Positions 25,290-34,970 are shown, counted from the first letter of the stretch. The stretch: 61,562 bases of DNA from an uncultured Thermoplasmata archaeon (GCA_964486225.1 CAZAMQ010000002.1:1-61562); one strand, 5' to 3'. Made by a program: numbers and translations. Notes: generated from the sequence alone by a model not told the origin.

Positions 25290-27268
25290 AAAAAAGGAGG
25301 TCGGATAGAAAGAAAGTGCCCGTGTCAATAAGATACGGCTCTATTGACCAAATACATAGGATATATACCGTATTGCTCATCCTCTCTCTTTTTGTATCGA
25401 CGATGATTTCCGGCCTTGCCGTAGGCATGTATACGCAAAACACTTCATTACAGGAATATGAAAATACATCGGGATCAACGCACATTTCTTCAAACCATCC
25501 GTTCGCTAGGGGCAGCGGTACACTGGAAGACCCGTATATGATCTACAATGTGCATGACCTCCAGAATATGAGCAAAGACCTGAGTGCGCATTATGCACTG
25601 GCTAATGATATAGATGCCAGCGAGACGAGTGGGTGGAATGATGGTGCGGGGTTCGAACCAATTGGTGACTTGGATAATAGGTTCACCGGTAGCCTCGACG
25701 GACTTAACCATATCATATCTGGGTTACACATCAACAGGGGGCGTATCAACGGTGTTGGTCTTTTTGGTGGTGTTGGTTCTGGCGGTGCAATTAGCAACGT
25801 GGCTGTTGTTGATGCAAGTGTAAACGGGAATAGAAACGTAGGGGGGCTCGTGGGACGGAACAGGGGCAAGGTTGAGAACTCGCATGTAACGGGGAACGTG
25901 AACGGAAATGAGCGTGTAGGCGGGCTTGTGGGATGGAACAGGGGCACGGTTGAGAACTCGCATGTAACGGGGAACATGAACGGAAATGAGCGTGTAGGCG
26001 GGCTTGTGGGATGGAACGATGGTACGGTATCCAACTGTTATACCAACGGCAGCGTGACCGGGGACGGTTCCGTTGGTGGCCTCATCGGATACATTTCTTA
26101 TCCTACGATCCCTTTCATGCCCTCTCCTTCTCCTTCTCCGGAATCTGTAGTGTTCAACTCCCATTACAACATAGACACCGTACTGATCAACGGTGGGCAT
26201 CATGTTACAATCGGTGGTCTATTCGATGAACAATACAATGATTGGTTCTCTAATGGCCTGACACTTGAGATTACAGATTATAGTGATACGCTCGTTCCTT
26301 CAAATGGGTACTATGAGATAGACCGTATGCGTGGTTTACGTGACCTTCTCGGTTTTACGTATGTCGAAGAATATAATTTTCGCCTAGGTGCGGACATAGA
26401 CCTTTCCACTGTTTCAGGTCTGTACATACCATATATCACCACAGTGTTTGATGGAAACAACCACACCATATCCAACTTGCACATAGAAATGCCATTTTCC
26501 TCTAACATAGCCATGTTCGGATACATATACGGAGGGTCAATTAGCAACATTGGGCTTAAAGATGTGAATATAACTGGTGAAAATGCTGTAGGCGGACTTG
26601 TTGGGTACAACATCAAGGGCACGGTTGAGAACTCGTTTGCAACGGGGAACGTGAGCGGAAACGATTATTTAGGTGGGCTCGTGGGATACAACCTGATTAG
26701 CACTATGAACAACACGTATTCAACTGGAAGCGTGAGCGGTGGTGGGTATATCGGAGGGCTCTTAGGTGTTAACTGTATTAGCACACTGTCAAACTCGTAT
26801 TCAACTGGAAGCGTGAGCGGAAATGAGCATGTAGGCGAGTTCGTGGGAAGAAATTATGGCGGCACTGTGTCCAACTCCTTCTGGGACAACGAAACAAGCA
26901 GTCAAAGCACCAGTGCTAGCGGGGAGGGGAAAACCACCACTGAGATGAAGGATATAAACACATATCTTAACGCTGGCTGGGACATCGTTGCGGTATCTAA
27001 TCCTGATGACAGTAACCCCGATTATACATGGAATATTGTGGACGGAGAGAGCTATCCCTTCCTGAGCTGGGAACATGAACCTAGTTCGGGATCACCATGG
27101 CGGATCCTACTGCTCATCGCCGCTATCGTGATCGCACTGGCAGCCGTGCTCTTCATGATGAAGAGGAAACCAAGAGAGGAGGAGGCACAAGACGAGGAAC
27201 CGTCCACTCAGGACGACGAACCACTTATGGAAGAACTTAACTTACCAGACCTCTTGGACGGATACTGA
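25286..27268 (+). CDS. GLUG-repeat surface protein (shorter paralogue) with C-terminal TM anchor
   Basis: 660 aa. GGAGG lies 8 nt before the ATG. Shares the N-terminal module FARGSGTLEDPYMIYNVHDLQNMS and the anchor LLLIAAIVIALAAVLFMMKRKPREEE with the 1273-aa protein. Confidence 0.8.
   Translation: MKKRRSDRKKVPVSIRYGSIDQIHRIYTVLLILSLFVSTMISGLAVGMYTQNTSLQEYENTSGSTHISSNHPFARGSGTLEDPYMIYNVHDLQNMSKDLSAHYALANDIDASETSGWNDGAGFEPIGDLDNRFTGSLDGLNHIISGLHINRGRINGVGLFGGVGSGGAISNVAVVDASVNGNRNVGGLVGRNRGKVENSHVTGNVNGNERVGGLVGWNRGTVENSHVTGNMNGNERVGGLVGWNDGTVSNCYTNGSVTGDGSVGGLIGYISYPTIPFMPSPSPSPESVVFNSHYNIDTVLINGGHHVTIGGLFDEQYNDWFSNGLTLEITDYSDTLVPSNGYYEIDRMRGLRDLLGFTYVEEYNFRLGADIDLSTVSGLYIPYITTVFDGNNHTISNLHIEMPFSSNIAMFGYIYGGSISNIGLKDVNITGENAVGGLVGYNIKGTVENSFATGNVSGNDYLGGLVGYNLISTMNNTYSTGSVSGGGYIGGLLGVNCISTLSNSYSTGSVSGNEHVGEFVGRNYGGTVSNSFWDNETSSQSTSASGEGKTTTEMKDINTYLNAGWDIVAVSNPDDSNPDYTWNIVDGESYPFLSWEHEPSSGSPWRILLLIAAIVIALAAVLFMMKRKPREEEAQDEEPSTQDDEPLMEELNLPDLLDGY
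25870..26025 (+). repeat. near-perfect 78-bp (26-codon) tandem duplication inside the GLUG gene
   Basis: GGTTGAGAACTCGCATGTAACGGGGAAC(G/A)TGAACGGAAATGAGCGTGTAGGCGGGCTTGTGGGATGGAAC occurs twice in tandem. Confidence 0.85.
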
Positions 27269-27401
27269 CAGCGACCAAACGATTCTCTTATTTCCCAAAC
27301 TCTTCCGGTTTGAAGATCAACAGCGTGAGCGTTCCGTCCGAATTCCATGATATAGTCGAGAACCGAACGTGTATGACTTATTATCTGTTTTTTGACTATA
27401 T

Positions 27402-27443
27402 GTGGCACACGAATTTGTAGGTCCTGACGCGTACGTGTGCCAC
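27402..27443. repeat. 10-bp perfect inverted repeat (GTGGCACACG / CGTGTGCCAC) with a 22-nt spacer
   Basis: 27402-27411 and 27434-27443. It ends 2 nt before the distal 85-bp repeat. Confidence 0.85.
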
Positions 27444-27445
27444 TA

Positions 27446-27530
27446 TAAAGGAAAAAGATTACGATATCACAGTGATATGCGAGACGCCCGAACTGGACCG
27501 TGACAGTCTGCGGATGAAGAAGATGCTGGA
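27446..27530 (+). repeat. 85-bp direct repeat, distal copy (attR-like): orphan 3' fragment of the endonuclease IV-like gene
   Basis: 84/85 identical to 15518-15602. Continues in frame to LDAV-TAA at 27540. An upstream in-frame TAG at 27418-27420 shows that only the 3' fragment is present. Confidence 0.95.
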
Positions 27531-27536
27531 TGCGGT

Positions 27537-29957
27537 TTAAATCGAAGATGCCTGCTCCACCCGTGAAACGCCGTCCTCTTTTTTTACTAAGTACTCAACG
27601 TCAGCGAGATTGACGATCTCGTTCTCGTGTGATACTATCACGATCTGATCGGCCGTTACCTTCGCCATAACATCCTTTAGCCGTCTCAACTGTTCACGGC
27701 TGAAGCCCGTTGTCGGCTCGTCCAGTACCAACAAGTTGCTCTCAAGTTCAAGCTCTTTCTTTATCATGGTGTTGAACGCCAGCCGGTAGGCCAAAGCCAC
27801 CGAAGTCCTTTCGCCACCGCTTATATCATCAACAGAGGTAACATGATTCTGTACGGTGATCACAGGTGCGAAGTTTTCATCTAAGGTGGCGTTTATTTCC
27901 GGATCATCCAATATCTCATCGAACCATGCCCTGAAGTAAGATTCAAAGTCCATGTTCAACTGCGCCATCCTGTGCTCTTCCATGGAACGAATACATTCCT
28001 TGAGATCCCTGGTTATCCACGTTTGCATCGAATTTAATTCTGATGCCCTAACTTTGCATCGTTCCATCTTCTTCAACTCCCGCTCCAGCGCCTCTATCTC
28101 TTTATCCAACCGCTTTATGGTACTATTATGATAGTTCTGCTTCTCCTTTAACTTGCTGGTTTCCTTTATCAATCCCTCGTATTCCCCTTTCAGCTTAAGG
28201 AATTCCTCCTGTGAAAACTTCTCCTTAAGTTCCATAAGTTTTTTTTCTATATCCGCCAGCTTTTTCTCTGTATCTTCGAGTTTACCCTCTTTGTCCTCTT
28301 TTTTCTTAACCAGTTCATCCTTTTTAGCTATCTTTTCTTCCAGCTGTAACTTTCTGTCCCTGTACTTGCGAAGCTCTATTTTTCTTTTTTCGAGAGTCTG
28401 TAGATCTTCTTTGCTGTGTTCGAACTCACCTATCATATCTTTTAGCTCTACCATCTTTTTTTCTGTGGACTCGACCTTATCCTGGATATCAGGTAACGAT
28501 TTTATCTCCTTTTCCAACCTTTGCTTCTCCTTTTTCCTGTATCCGATATTCCTTTCAAGCTTTTCCATACACTCTACTGCCTCCGTCAATGTACGGTGTT
28601 CTTTCCTCTTTGTTTCCAGTCGCTCTATTAATTCTACCTCTTTCTCTTTCTTTTTCGCCTTCTTACTCTCCAATTCCTTCAATATGTTATCGATGTGCTC
28701 TTCGCTTATGGGTTGTTTACACTTGCTACATTCACCCTGGCCCTCCAAACCTGCCATCTCCTCCTTCTCTTCCTCTAACGCTTTTATTTCGTTCTGCGCG
28801 GTCCTAAGGTCACCCTTCAAATCGGTGATTTCACTTCGCATGTCCTCTTTTCGCTTTTTCGTCTCTTCCGATCCCTCCGTCTCTTTTTCCAGCTTTTCTA
28901 TCTCCAGGATTATCTTATGTACGGCTTCTTCCTGACTGTTCAACCTTTCAAGCTTTTCTGTTAAGTTCTTATGCTCGACCTGTAGGGTCTCCAGTCTTCG
29001 CTCCTTATCCATCCGTTCTTGGATCCCTTCCCTCATCGCACCCACTTTTTCAACGACTTCAACGTACTCTTCGAAGTTCTCCCTTATATCATCTAGTTCT
29101 TTCTCTCCCTTTGAGATATCTTCGAGTTCCTTATCTATATCATCGATATTCTCTTGTAAAGACTCAGCCAGGCTTTTGAAACGTTCACTCTGGGACTGTG
29201 TCTTGTTTTTCACATCTCTCAACTCCTCGAGCTCCTTCTTTCTAGCGACGATGTCCTCCAAGGTAGCGGTTTTTTCTTCAAGCTCCTTCACGGTATATTT
29301 TTTTTCTTCATTCTCAAGTTTTAACTCCTTTGTCTTCTCTTCATGTTTCTCCCTGTATTCTTCTATCCTCTCAGCTCTGGTGATCAATCTAAGTATCTCT
29401 TTCTCCAGCCCCTTTTTTATCACCGAGATATTATCAACTGCCCTTTTGTACTCTTCCAGATTGAATATCTTGCGTACGGCTTCGAGCCGCTCTTCGTCCC
29501 TCATAGACAATATCGAATTCATCTGTTCCTGTGGTGTGAATATGCTCATGTGAAATGTCTCGACCTTACCGCGGCTCTTCTCCCTTAATCTCAAAAGCGA
29601 GAGTATCTTTTCCCTCATCTCCTCAGGACTGAGCTCTGTCTTTACATCGCCCGAAACTAGATACGATTTGTCGGGCTTCATACCGTTACTCGTCCTCTTT
29701 ATGCTTCGGTAGGCGGTATAATCCGTTCGATCCACTGTAAAATCAAGCTCAACACTCGCACCGGTAGAATCATGCCGGGTTATCTTGTCGTAAAATCCCT
29801 GGTTTATCGCTCCGAAGAGCACGAATTCCAGACCTAGAAGTATGGAAGATTTTCCGGAGCCGATGTCGCCCTGAAACAGCAGGACGCCCTCCTGGAAATC
29901 GATGGTTTCCTTCTTGTAGCTCCGAATATTCTCCAGCTTCATCCGTCTGAGCATCAT
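27537..29957 (-). CDS. rad50: Rad50 DNA double-strand break repair ATPase
   Basis: 806 aa. Walker A GDIGSGKSS, long coiled coil, zinc hook CSKCKQP, signature SGGERTSVALA, Walker B LLVLDEPT, IVSHE. Confidence 0.9.
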   Translation of the reverse strand: MMLRRMKLENIRSYKKETIDFQEGVLLFQGDIGSGKSSILLGLEFVLFGAINQGFYDKITRHDSTGASVELDFTVDRTDYTAYRSIKRTSNGMKPDKSYLVSGDVKTELSPEEMREKILSLLRLREKSRGKVETFHMSIFTPQEQMNSILSMRDEERLEAVRKIFNLEEYKRAVDNISVIKKGLEKEILRLITRAERIEEYREKHEEKTKELKLENEEKKYTVKELEEKTATLEDIVARKKELEELRDVKNKTQSQSERFKSLAESLQENIDDIDKELEDISKGEKELDDIRENFEEYVEVVEKVGAMREGIQERMDKERRLETLQVEHKNLTEKLERLNSQEEAVHKIILEIEKLEKETEGSEETKKRKEDMRSEITDLKGDLRTAQNEIKALEEEKEEMAGLEGQGECSKCKQPISEEHIDNILKELESKKAKKKEKEVELIERLETKRKEHRTLTEAVECMEKLERNIGYRKKEKQRLEKEIKSLPDIQDKVESTEKKMVELKDMIGEFEHSKEDLQTLEKRKIELRKYRDRKLQLEEKIAKKDELVKKKEDKEGKLEDTEKKLADIEKKLMELKEKFSQEEFLKLKGEYEGLIKETSKLKEKQNYHNSTIKRLDKEIEALERELKKMERCKVRASELNSMQTWITRDLKECIRSMEEHRMAQLNMDFESYFRAWFDEILDDPEINATLDENFAPVITVQNHVTSVDDISGGERTSVALAYRLAFNTMIKKELELESNLLVLDEPTTGFSREQLRRLKDVMAKVTADQIVIVSHENEIVNLADVEYLVKKEDGVSRVEQASSI

Positions 29958-31204
29958 TCGGACTCGCCTCCGAAGTCTATCAACGATACCTGGCCCGACG
30001 TACCTTTTTCAGAGGGTGCCTTACCTATCTTAACACCGCTGATCAAGGCCCATGCATCACTCCATAAACGCCCTTCGTAGTCGTCCTTTCTCTCACCGTC
30101 TGCCTGCTCCGACTTTAATATACTCAACAATTGACCTGCGAATGATATGTCCACACCTTCGGGTGTCCCGTACTCTTCCAGCAAGCTCTCCTCTACCTTT
30201 TCGGTACTTTCTTCCCTTACCTTGATCCTTTCCAGGTTCTTTCCCGAGAGCTGTCTCCGATTGACGAACACCGTTTTAGCTCCCGCCTTCTCCAGACTCC
30301 GCTTTACCTCGTTGAAGTCTATATCTTCAGGTACACCTTCGGTGAGCTCTCCGTGTACTTTCAGCAAGAGTATTTCTTCTGATATCCCTTCCGAACCGAG
30401 TGCCGATAGCTTTTCTTCCAGCTCCCTTATCTTCATCCCGGTGGCGTCCACTTCTTCGCGCCTTATACCGTAGGGATCCAATTCGATATACTCAGGCGTC
30501 CAGTCGTTGACTATGAAAAAACCTCTATGCTCTTCATTCTCCAGGTCAGTATATGACGAACCGAAGGTAGCACCCGGATAGGTGACCGGTGCGCCGTCTT
30601 TGGTATGTTCTAGCAACCGGTGTACATGTCCCCCTGCGTAGTATTTGTAGCCATCGGGCAGTGATGACATGGGCACGGTCTCCGCCTCGTGTATATCAAC
30701 GGGCTTCATCTCAGCTATGGGTGTGTGAAAGACGAAGATAGCATCACCCTCGGGCTCTTGAAAATCTATTGAATCATAGTAACCGGCATCCATGCGGTTC
30801 TTCCTGCCGCTCATCCCTGAGATGTATATCCCCGTAGGATCTACAACATGTGATAGTTTACCTTCGTCGTGAAGATACTGCACCACTTTTTTGAATACCT
30901 GTGCACTTTCAAGTACATCTATCAAAGATGCCTTGGAGATGTTGAAGTCGTGGGAGCCGTAAACCGCATATATCCTGATACCATGGCTCCTTGCCTCTAT
31001 CATGGCCTTCACCGCCCTGTTGACAACATCCATATCCGGATGGGGGTTATGGAACAGGTCTCCGGCGATGATGATAAAATCCACCTCTCTTTCGATGCAT
31101 ATATCAACAGCCTCTTCGAAGGCCCGGAGGTTGTATTCCCTAAGATCCGGGTTGCGTCCGAAGGCGCCGAGATGACAATCTGCCATATGTGCGAACCGGA
31201 CCAT
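29954..31204 (-). CDS. mre11: Mre11 nuclease
   Basis: Start taken at MVRFAHMADCHLG. Phosphoesterase motifs IIAGDLFH, GSHD, GGHVH. The stop overlaps the rad50 start. Confidence 0.9.
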   Translation of the reverse strand: MVRFAHMADCHLGAFGRNPDLREYNLRAFEEAVDICIEREVDFIIIAGDLFHNPHPDMDVVNRAVKAMIEARSHGIRIYAVYGSHDFNISKASLIDVLESAQVFKKVVQYLHDEGKLSHVVDPTGIYISGMSGRKNRMDAGYYDSIDFQEPEGDAIFVFHTPIAEMKPVDIHEAETVPMSSLPDGYKYYAGGHVHRLLEHTKDGAPVTYPGATFGSSYTDLENEEHRGFFIVNDWTPEYIELDPYGIRREEVDATGMKIRELEEKLSALGSEGISEEILLLKVHGELTEGVPEDIDFNEVKRSLEKAGAKTVFVNRRQLSGKNLERIKVREESTEKVEESLLEEYGTPEGVDISFAGQLLSILKSEQADGERKDDYEGRLWSDAWALISGVKIGKAPSEKGTSGQVSLIDFGGESE

Positions 31205-31208
31205 TATC

Positions 31209-32705
31209 TCACCCGAAGAACTCCAACTTCGTCTTTTTTCTACCTTCGACAACATCATCGAATAGATCTATTTTTATGGGTACGGCGAACTTGGTGAATA
31301 TGCTGCTTACAAGAGCTTCGCCCTTGTCCAAGCTAGCGATATTCTTTCCGTCCTTTGACAGGTCCTGTGCCGCACTACCGATTATCGCTTCTCGCTCGCT
31401 CTTCATCTCGTTACCGAGTATGATCTTGGTGTTCATGTTGGCCAGTATCTCCCTTGGTATCATGCTGGACAGCTGTGTGATGGCGATGAGTCCGACGCGG
31501 AACTTTCGCCCCTCTCTAGCTATCGAGTGGAAAACATTCCGACCTCCCCGTTCACCAAGTACCCTTGGTGCTTCCTCGATCACTATACCGATGGTCGGTT
31601 TACTGTCTAGTTCCCCCAACTCTTTGTACTTTTTATATCGATTGAATACCCTGTCGGTTATCATACCGGCTATCAACAACTCCTTATCACCGGACATGGA
31701 ACTAGTGTCTAAAATCACCTTTCTACCGTCCTCCAGTGCGTCGGCGATCTCGTTGACCATATTGCCGGAACCTTGGGTAACGAATATACTTCCTCTAGGC
31801 ACTACCTCGCCGTTGATCATACGTACGTCAAAGGCAAGCTGCAATTTGCGCTGGAGAACATTAAGAGTTGTTTCGTGGATACCGTGTTCCCTAGCATCTT
31901 CGGCTTCCGCACTTAGGACCGCCTCCAGCCAGTTATCTTGGTATATATTGTAGTAGACGTACATGGCCTGACTTTGGGCGTCCGTTATCTCGATGATCCC
32001 CCTGAGATTCCATGGTCTAAGCAGGGATATATTGATCCTCAGGCTATAGCCACCTTTCGGCGGGTTCGGTGAATAGTACAGTACTTTATCTCTGGCATCC
32101 GGATGGTCCTTTATACCTATCTCGTTACGACCGAAGTATTCATCGTGGGGGTCTATCACCAGGACCCCACACCATTCCTTGGGAACCATGTCCCACAGCA
32201 TCACCTTGACCAGGTTACTCTTTCCGCGTCCCGTGGTTGCAGGTATCAATATATGGTGAGAGAGAGCCTCCTTGCCGTTTATCTTTACCGGTACATCCAA
32301 TACCATGCTGCCGCTCCGTACCCTGCCGAGATACAGGCTGTTATCCGGTTCCTCCATGAAATAAAAATCGTCCTTCTTGACCCTGTCCACCGTACCGAAG
32401 AAACCCGGCAATCGTTTTGGTATCTTGGCAACCCCATTTTTGACGTGTACCAGGGGCTTTGCCTTGGCACTTACATAATTCCTTATCTCCTCCTCCATCA
32501 GTGAGGTATCTTCGTAACCTTCCAGCTGCATGCCGCTCATCCTAGCGATGTCCGTATCTTCCAACAGTGAGCCGTAGGCAAGGTCGTACACTTGAAGGAT
32601 GATGTCGTCTATGGACAGTAAGTCACCTATCTCTATTATCTGCCCGCTCTTTTGCCTTACCAGCAATTCGCCGTATTCTCCGCCTATTATCTGTCCTACT
32701 ACCAT
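31209..32705 (-). CDS. herA: HerA hexameric DNA helicase/translocase
   Basis: 498 aa. Walker [12 protein letters not shown], Walker B VIEEAPRV. Adjacent to nurA and mre11. Confidence 0.85.
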   Translation of the reverse strand: MVVGQIIGGEYGELLVRQKSGQIIEIGDLLSIDDIILQVYDLAYGSLLEDTDIARMSGMQLEGYEDTSLMEEEIRNYVSAKAKPLVHVKNGVAKIPKRLPGFFGTVDRVKKDDFYFMEEPDNSLYLGRVRSGSMVLDVPVKINGKEALSHHILIPATTGRGKSNLVKVMLWDMVPKEWCGVLVIDPHDEYFGRNEIGIKDHPDARDKVLYYSPNPPKGGYSLRINISLLRPWNLRGIIEITDAQSQAMYVYYNIYQDNWLEAVLSAEAEDAREHGIHETTLNVLQRKLQLAFDVRMINGEVVPRGSIFVTQGSGNMVNEIADALEDGRKVILDTSSMSGDKELLIAGMITDRVFNRYKKYKELGELDSKPTIGIVIEEAPRVLGERGGRNVFHSIAREGRKFRVGLIAITQLSSMIPREILANMNTKIILGNEMKSEREAIIGSAAQDLSKDGKNIASLDKGEALVSSIFTKFAVPIKIDLFDDVVEGRKKTKLEFFG

Positions 32706-32715
32706 ATGATCTCAC

Positions 32716-33735
32716 CTAAATATCACTCAATAAATCGTGGGCGTTCATGGAGTTCACCCTGTAACGCATGGACTTGCCCATCATGCCCGTTCCCAATGTT
32801 CTGAGGTACTTCACCTCTTCATCGGTTACACGTGCCCTTTTGTCCGCATCCACAAGCCCGTAGGGATAGCCCAGGAACACGGGGTCCTTTGCCTGTACCC
32901 CGAGTTCGCCCAGTACCTCATCTACCGGAATATCTTGTTCTCGATGGAACTCCGTGCGAAAGACGTAGTCCGAAGATGCATGGTATTTTACCACGTACAT
33001 ATCTCCCATGTGGTCAGGATGCCGGTTAGATGCCATCGGATGGTAGTTCCATCTTCCGTATCCGGTATCTTCCGCAAGGGTCCTTATAGCCGCTAGCAGT
33101 GGATATCCCGTGGTGGTCATGAGGGAACTAGTCTTTGCTATGCCTGTGAGTATAACACCCTTTCCAAGGCACGTCCGGTAAAGGTCATTTGCGTAACCAC
33201 GTTCTTCCTCCACGCTCGTCTGGAGTACACCGTCCTTTACCAGTATATCACCTTCATTCATATACTCTTTTGCTGCGTACTCGGCCACCAACCATTCAAG
33301 GTAACGTCTTACGGTGTGTCCGGCGTTCATCATGCTTCCGCCGTCGACCTCATCTCTGTTAAGCACGAATTTACGTTCCCCCAAAGGGATGGTAGAGTTT
33401 ATGGGATATAGTACAGAAACTATCGAGTCCTCAACAGGTCTTGAAACGAGGTAACCGCTGAAGGGTTCGATATTCTTAAGCCTCGTCCTACCCCTGAAGA
33501 GGTTGAAATATACCCGAAGAAGGTGTATGCATTCCGACGGTGACTCAAAGATGGTGTTGTTGCCTCCGTCCACACTACAGACAACTCTGTTATTACTTAC
33601 CGACTCAAAAGGATGGAAGTTATCCGTTGACAATGGAAAGGGGTCATAGTAATGCTCCTGTTTAAAATAAGGCAGCCCCCACTCTTCCGGTATGTGATCG
33701 ATATCACTCAACAGATCCATCAGTTCACGTATCAT
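32716..33735 (-). CDS. nurA: NurA 5'-3' nuclease
   Basis: 339 aa. VDGGNN N-terminal acidic motif. Position directly upstream of herA. Confidence 0.75.
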   Translation of the reverse strand: MIRELMDLLSDIDHIPEEWGLPYFKQEHYYDPFPLSTDNFHPFESVSNNRVVCSVDGGNNTIFESPSECIHLLRVYFNLFRGRTRLKNIEPFSGYLVSRPVEDSIVSVLYPINSTIPLGERKFVLNRDEVDGGSMMNAGHTVRRYLEWLVAEYAAKEYMNEGDILVKDGVLQTSVEEERGYANDLYRTCLGKGVILTGIAKTSSLMTTTGYPLLAAIRTLAEDTGYGRWNYHPMASNRHPDHMGDMYVVKYHASSDYVFRTEFHREQDIPVDEVLGELGVQAKDPVFLGYPYGLVDADKRARVTDEEVKYLRTLGTGMMGKSMRYRVNSMNAHDLLSDI

Positions 33736-33835
33736 TCTTATACCACATATAACGAGTGGTACTTAAAGGTTAAAGTTAGGGCGCGGTGAAAGTGGTCTCC
33801 TACCGGATAAAATTTTAATAAAATTAAACCGTTCA

Positions 33836-34903
33836 TTAGCGGGGTCCAGCGGCATCGAGCATCCGGTTGAAAAGATTGTAACAATCTTCTATCTCACCTT
33901 CGTACCTGTGTCTCAACATGCCGACGTCGAGACAGGTAGGTTTCGAGTTATCCAAAAAGTCAAGGAGGGTTTCCCTCGAACGTTCGAATATATCTTCTAT
34001 GAATTCCGGCCTGTCGTGGAGTACGGACCTACCGAATACTGAAAGGTACTTGAACGAGTTTCCCCCGTACATTTCGGCCTCATCTGTTTCCGATACCATC
34101 TTCAAAAAGGACACACCGATAAGATATGGAATACCGATGACCTTTTTCATCACCTTGTCGTGATCCTTTGCATCGATCTGGAGCATTTCGAAACCCATAG
34201 GCTGGAAGACGGACCTTACTGCTTCGGCATCGGCCTCCCTTCCCTCTACAGGTACGATGACCACTCTTTTGCCTTCGAGGTTCTTTGAGCCGCAGCCGAA
34301 CATGGGATGTACACTCGCTACCTTGACGGAATCGGGAAATTTATTGTAGATACCGAGTACTTCATCCTTAAAGGTGGATATGTCGAAAACCGCCTTTTCA
34401 TTCCCTGAAATCGCCATATCAGCGAGCTCTTCAACTATTCCGGGTACGGTATCCGTCGGTGTGGCTATCATTATAAGATCGCAGTCCCTGTAAAGCTCAC
34501 TTATGGATGAGTAGCAGTGGAAATCATCGGTTATATCTTTGGTATCGTAAAGGCCGACCTCCATCTTCATAGAGAAGTCTTCCGCCAATAACTTCCCCAT
34601 TCTACCGTATCCGATTATGCCCATCTTCTTATTACTGAGATGGCTAGCATCCGTGCTGCTCATGCTCGAAAGTTCTTCTCGCTTTGTCTTGCTGATTATA
34701 CGATGAAATATGTCTCGGTAGTCCCCAGCTCTCTCTAACACCTTCATCTCCCGGCCCAAGTCTTCGACGGATAAATTCCTAAGGACCTTTAGCTCCCCTA
34801 TCTTACAGCCTAGCTTGACCCTTTTATCGAGTAACTCAATCATCGCCTCGTCTATCTTGTCTATCTCTTTCCTTAGTTCATATATCTCTTCCAAGGGAAC
34901 CAC
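33836..34903 (-). CDS. tyrA: bifunctional chorismate mutase / prephenate dehydrogenase
   Basis: 355 aa. N-terminal CM helix LRKEIDKIDEAMIELLDKRVKL. Rossmann MGIIGYGRMGKLLAED. Confidence 0.8.
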   Translation of the reverse strand: MVPLEEIYELRKEIDKIDEAMIELLDKRVKLGCKIGELKVLRNLSVEDLGREMKVLERAGDYRDIFHRIISKTKREELSSMSSTDASHLSNKKMGIIGYGRMGKLLAEDFSMKMEVGLYDTKDITDDFHCYSSISELYRDCDLIMIATPTDTVPGIVEELADMAISGNEKAVFDISTFKDEVLGIYNKFPDSVKVASVHPMFGCGSKNLEGKRVVIVPVEGREADAEAVRSVFQPMGFEMLQIDAKDHDKVMKKVIGIPYLIGVSFLKMVSETDEAEMYGGNSFKYLSVFGRSVLHDRPEFIEDIFERSRETLLDFLDNSKPTCLDVGMLRHRYEGEIEDCYNLFNRMLDAAGPR

Positions 34904-34970
34904 CTGTGGACTTAAGAAGGTCTAATCTATATCTATTTTTGGCAAAGATTTGCGTTATGCATTAGCGGAT

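Larger units (their letters stand above)
15518..27530. mobile_element. candidate integrated genomic island (about 11.9 kb) without a recognisable integrase
   Basis: Bounded by the 85-bp direct repeats. Cargo is functionally unrelated to the flanks (TA pair, S8 protease, GLUG surface proteins). Long AT-rich intergenic regions. Confidence 0.45.

Noticed and set aside
27208-27408. 66-aa minus-strand ORF near the right island end, considered as an integrase remnant
   Set aside because: It overlaps the end of the GLUG gene. Its sequence has no recombinase motifs (no R..H..R..Y pattern) and it is too short.
28153-28935. 260-aa Ser/Phe-rich ORF on the plus strand
   Set aside because: It lies antisense to the K/E-rich coiled coil of rad50. 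Its low-complexity composition is the mirror image of GAA/AAG-rich coding sequence. It has no motifs and no promoter.
31189-31953. 254-aa plus-strand ORF
   Set aside because: It lies entirely antisense to the well-supported herA and mre11 genes and is a hydrophobic, low-complexity artefact. The same reasoning applies to 18108..18770, 38298..39008, 41734..42399, 49762..50496 and 58946..59590.
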